A stretch of DNA of 48,313 nucleotides from Macrostomum lignano (lineage: Eukaryota), in assembly GCA_002269645.1 (NCBI GenBank), contig NIVC01002794.1, forward strand, positions 1 through 48,313. Direction: 5' to 3'. Every line of letters starts with the position of its first letter. The stretch's first letter is position 1. Below, piece by piece: positions 45,792 through 48,313 of the stretch. The notes under the pieces are model-generated. The model made no database searches and was not told where the DNA came from. It saw only the letters and a list, made by a program, of their open reading frames with translations. The position numbers were made by a program, and so were the translations under genes.

Positions 45792-46242
45792 GTGCAGTGT
45801 GCTATAGTGTCAGATCTAGCAGCTGTGCAGTGTGCTATAGTGTCAGATCTAGCAGCTGTGCAGTGTGCTATAGTGTCAGATCTAGCAGCTGTGCAGTGTG
45901 CTATAGTGTCAGATCTAGCAGCTGTGCAGTGTGCTATAGTGTCAGATCTAGCAGCTGTGCAGTGTGCTATAGTGTCAGATCTAGCAGCTGTGCAGTGTGC
46001 TATAGTGTCAGATCTAGCAGCTGTGCAGTGTGCTATAGTGTCAGATCTAGCAGCTGTGCAGTGTGCTATAGTGTCAGATCTAGCAGCTGTGCAGTGTGCT
46101 ATAGTGTCAGATCTAGCAGCTGTGCAGTGTGCTATAGTGTCAGATCTAGCAGCTGTGCAGTGTGCTATAGTGTCAGATCTAGCAGCTGTGCAGTGTGCTA
46201 TAGTGTCAGATCTAGCAGCTGTGCAGTGTGTTATAGTGTCAG
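45792..46242. repeat. ~14 x 33-bp minisatellite (GTGCAGTGTGCTATAGTGTCAGATCTAGCAGCT) upstream of the CUB gene
   Basis: Near-perfect units; VQCAIVSDLAA periodicity in the ORF track. Confidence 0.97.
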
Positions 46243-46379
46243 ATAATACTGAGGGATGATCTAAACAGTCAGTCATTGATATTATGTTTGCCTGACCTTC
46301 TATCTCGACACTTCGCTCTTCACAACAAAGGCGACGAGGACTCTGACTAAATTCAGGTGAGCAGCACGCTGCTGATTGT

Positions 46380-46441
46380 GAACTGTGACAAATGACTATT
46401 GAACTGTGACAAATGACTAATGAACTGTGACAAATGACAAC
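46380..46441. repeat. 3 x 21-bp tandem repeat (GAACTGTGACAAATGACTA(T/A)T)
   Basis: Three adjacent copies next to the LINE fragment. Confidence 0.8.
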
Positions 46442-46454
46442 TGTCGGACGACAT

Positions 46455-47055
46455 CGAGGCTGCGATTTGGTGCCGAGGCGCTGATGGACAGGCGACAGAG
46501 CTTCCGCGCTACCTCGTCCACCTCGGCGGTCTGGTTCCCGGCGTCCGCGAGGATTTGCGGCGTCGCCGCGGGCTTGCCTGGGCTGCCTTTTGTTCTGTGA
46601 GGGCAGTCCTGCAGTCCGAGGCCTTACCTGACAGCCAGAGGGCGGCGTTTTTCCATGCGGTGGTCGAGACCTGGACGCTGACGGAGTCGCTCGAGCAGCA
46701 AGTTGACGCGGCGCACGCTGACCTGCTGCGCGCCGCCTTCAAGATCGGCTACGAGCGAGTGACCAACGCGGCTTTGTATCGCCGCGCCGGCTTGGGCCGT
46801 CCAAGCGACCCCTGCTGCGCCGTCGGCGACTCCAGCTGGCAGACCACATCATCCGCACCGAGTCGTACTGCCCAGAGCCGGTGCAGGAGGTGCTGCTGCT
46901 AACGCTGCAGGCAACCTACTGGCAGGGGCAGGCGCGCACTGGGCGTTTCGTCGACTGCCTGCTGGCTGACGCCGGCGCCCCGGATTCGGCCGGCGGCGTG
47001 GCGTTCATCCGCGACCTGGCCTTGAAGCGTATTCTGTTGTTGTAGTTGATGATTA
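46455..47055 (+). mobile_element. 5'-truncated, decayed non-LTR retrotransposon 3' end (RTE-like clade, region C-terminal to the RT core)
   Basis: Stitched translation RYL..LG....EDLRRRRGLAWAAF...AFFHAVVETWTLTESLEQQVDAAHADLLRAAFKI...TNAALYR...LRRRRLQLADHIIR fits the RTE post-RT consensus (R...AW.AF; ETWTLT; RRL..AGH). It has a frameshift near 46830, lacks the usual VLLY motif before ETW, and ends in a TTG-like tail. Confidence 0.8.
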
Positions 47056-47481
47056 ACAGACTGACTAATGACCAACTGTATATAATGACTAACCAAGTGT
47101 GAATTTCGAATACCAGAGGCGGATTTTGCAATTATTATTTTGTTACTATTATACTGTTAAACTAATGCAAGCATTGCTCAGGTATATTTTTATTCATTTC
47201 ATCTCGTATTTGCTAATCAGGCAGTAATTCAGTGCAGGCGGTGGAATGATTTGTATTGTGAAGCCAATTATCTGAACAACAGCCACTAGAAATATTTGAG
47301 TCGGAATTGCTTCATGGGATACTTCCTGGACATTTTTAGTGATATCTGTACGAGCGAGCCACAAGACAGCCAGTCAGTCAGCCGCTCAAGAAGAAGCAGG
47401 CAAGCTCAGGTGAAATCTACTAATTGTCATCATCGAACTGCTCCAGACTCAGCGGCATCATGCTACCGGACTGCTCTCCCA

Positions 47482-48313
47482 TCAGCACGGCGTCCTGCGG
47501 CCGGGTCCGGAGGACGGCTGCCACAAGCCGCTGGCGAGGCTGTCGCGGTGCTTCTTCACTGCGATGCAGCTCAGCAGCACCAGCGACAGCAGAATGGTGG
47601 CAACTATCAGCTAACCTGCGGAGTTGGTGAGAATTCAAGGGGCTGAGAGATAATGATTCAGGTGTCTGAGAGATATGATTCAGGTGGCTGATAGATGATG
47701 ATTCAGGGGGCTGAGAGATGATGATTCAGGGGGCTGAGAGATAATGATTCAGGTGGCTGAGAGATAATGATTCAGGTGGCTGAGAGATATGATTCAGGTG
47801 GCTGATAGATGATGATTCAGGTGGCTGATAGATGATGATTCAGGTGGCTGAGAGATGATGATTCAGGGGGCTGAGAGATAATGATTCAGGTGGCTGAGAG
47901 ATGATGATTCAGGTGGCTGAGAGATGATGATTCAGGTGGCTGAGAGATGATGATTCAGGTAGCTGAGAGATGATGATTCAGGTAGCTGAGAGATGATGAT
48001 TCAGGTGGCTGGGAGATAATGATTCAGGTGGCTGAGAGATGATGATTCAGGTAGCTGAGAGATGATGATTCAGTTTGCTGAGAGATGATGATTCAGGTAG
48101 CTGAGAGATGATGATTCAGGGGCTGAGAGATGATGATTCACTGAGAGATGATGATTCAGGTGGCTGAGAGATGATGATTCAGGTGGCCGAGAGATGATGA
48201 TTCAGGTGGCTGAGAAATGGTGATTCAGGTGGCTGAGAGTTGATGATTCAGGAGAGCCAACCGCGATCTCACCGTGAGTGGCAGTCACCAGCCTGGACTT
48301 CAGCCCCCTGTCC
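47482..48313 (-). CDS. Last two exons (partial) of a probable paralog of the CUB-TM gene; in-frame TAG just before the TM helix
   Basis: Exon >48313-48273 (donor G|GTGAGA, phase 1) joined to 47615-47482 (acceptor CCGCAG). It reads G*LIVATILLSLVLLSCIAVKKHR...RRTPC* and aligns without gaps over the TM to GGLVFLAIVLTLLLLGCLLFINER...RTPCS* at 27408-27547. TAG at 47611-47613. The 5' part is outside the window. Confidence 0.6.
47630..48252. repeat. ~27 x 23-bp minisatellite (GATGATGATTCAGGTGGCTGAGA) filling the intron of the paralog
   Basis: Tandem units within intron 47616-48272. Confidence 0.95.

Overview
Eukaryotic (animal) genomic DNA with GT-AG introns, GC3-rich exons and very dense tandem repeats. 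The style suggests a free-living flatworm such as Macrostomum, but this is inference only. Manual splicing gave phase-consistent gene models: (1) a + strand TRP channel with canonical N-terminal ankyrin repeats on a TRPM-type linker and transmembrane core, carrying one in-frame TAG in the pore turret (3917-10335); (2) three tandem - strand paralogs of a signal peptide / two C-type-lectin-like domains / Thr-rich mucin stalk / TM protein (11568-20354), the first disrupted; (3) a - strand SARA/endofin C-terminal-domain gene with no FYVE domain visible (21313-24681); (4) an 11-exon - strand type I membrane protein with about 7 CUB/CUB-like domains (27408-45458); (5) the last two exons of a probable paralog at the right edge. 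Mobile DNA: three tRNA-derived SINE copies, a MITE whose terminal 11 bp were amplified into a tandem array, and a decayed RTE-type LINE 3' fragment. The most striking pattern is that all 15 introns of the SARA-like and CUB genes each hold their own distinct minisatellite. Several arrays are visibly tandem copies of the exon end plus its 5' splice site, and others are built of splice-site-like motifs on the sense strand. All giant ORFs in the track (up to 2660 aa) are repeat artefacts. There is no CRISPR array, rRNA or convincing tRNA gene.
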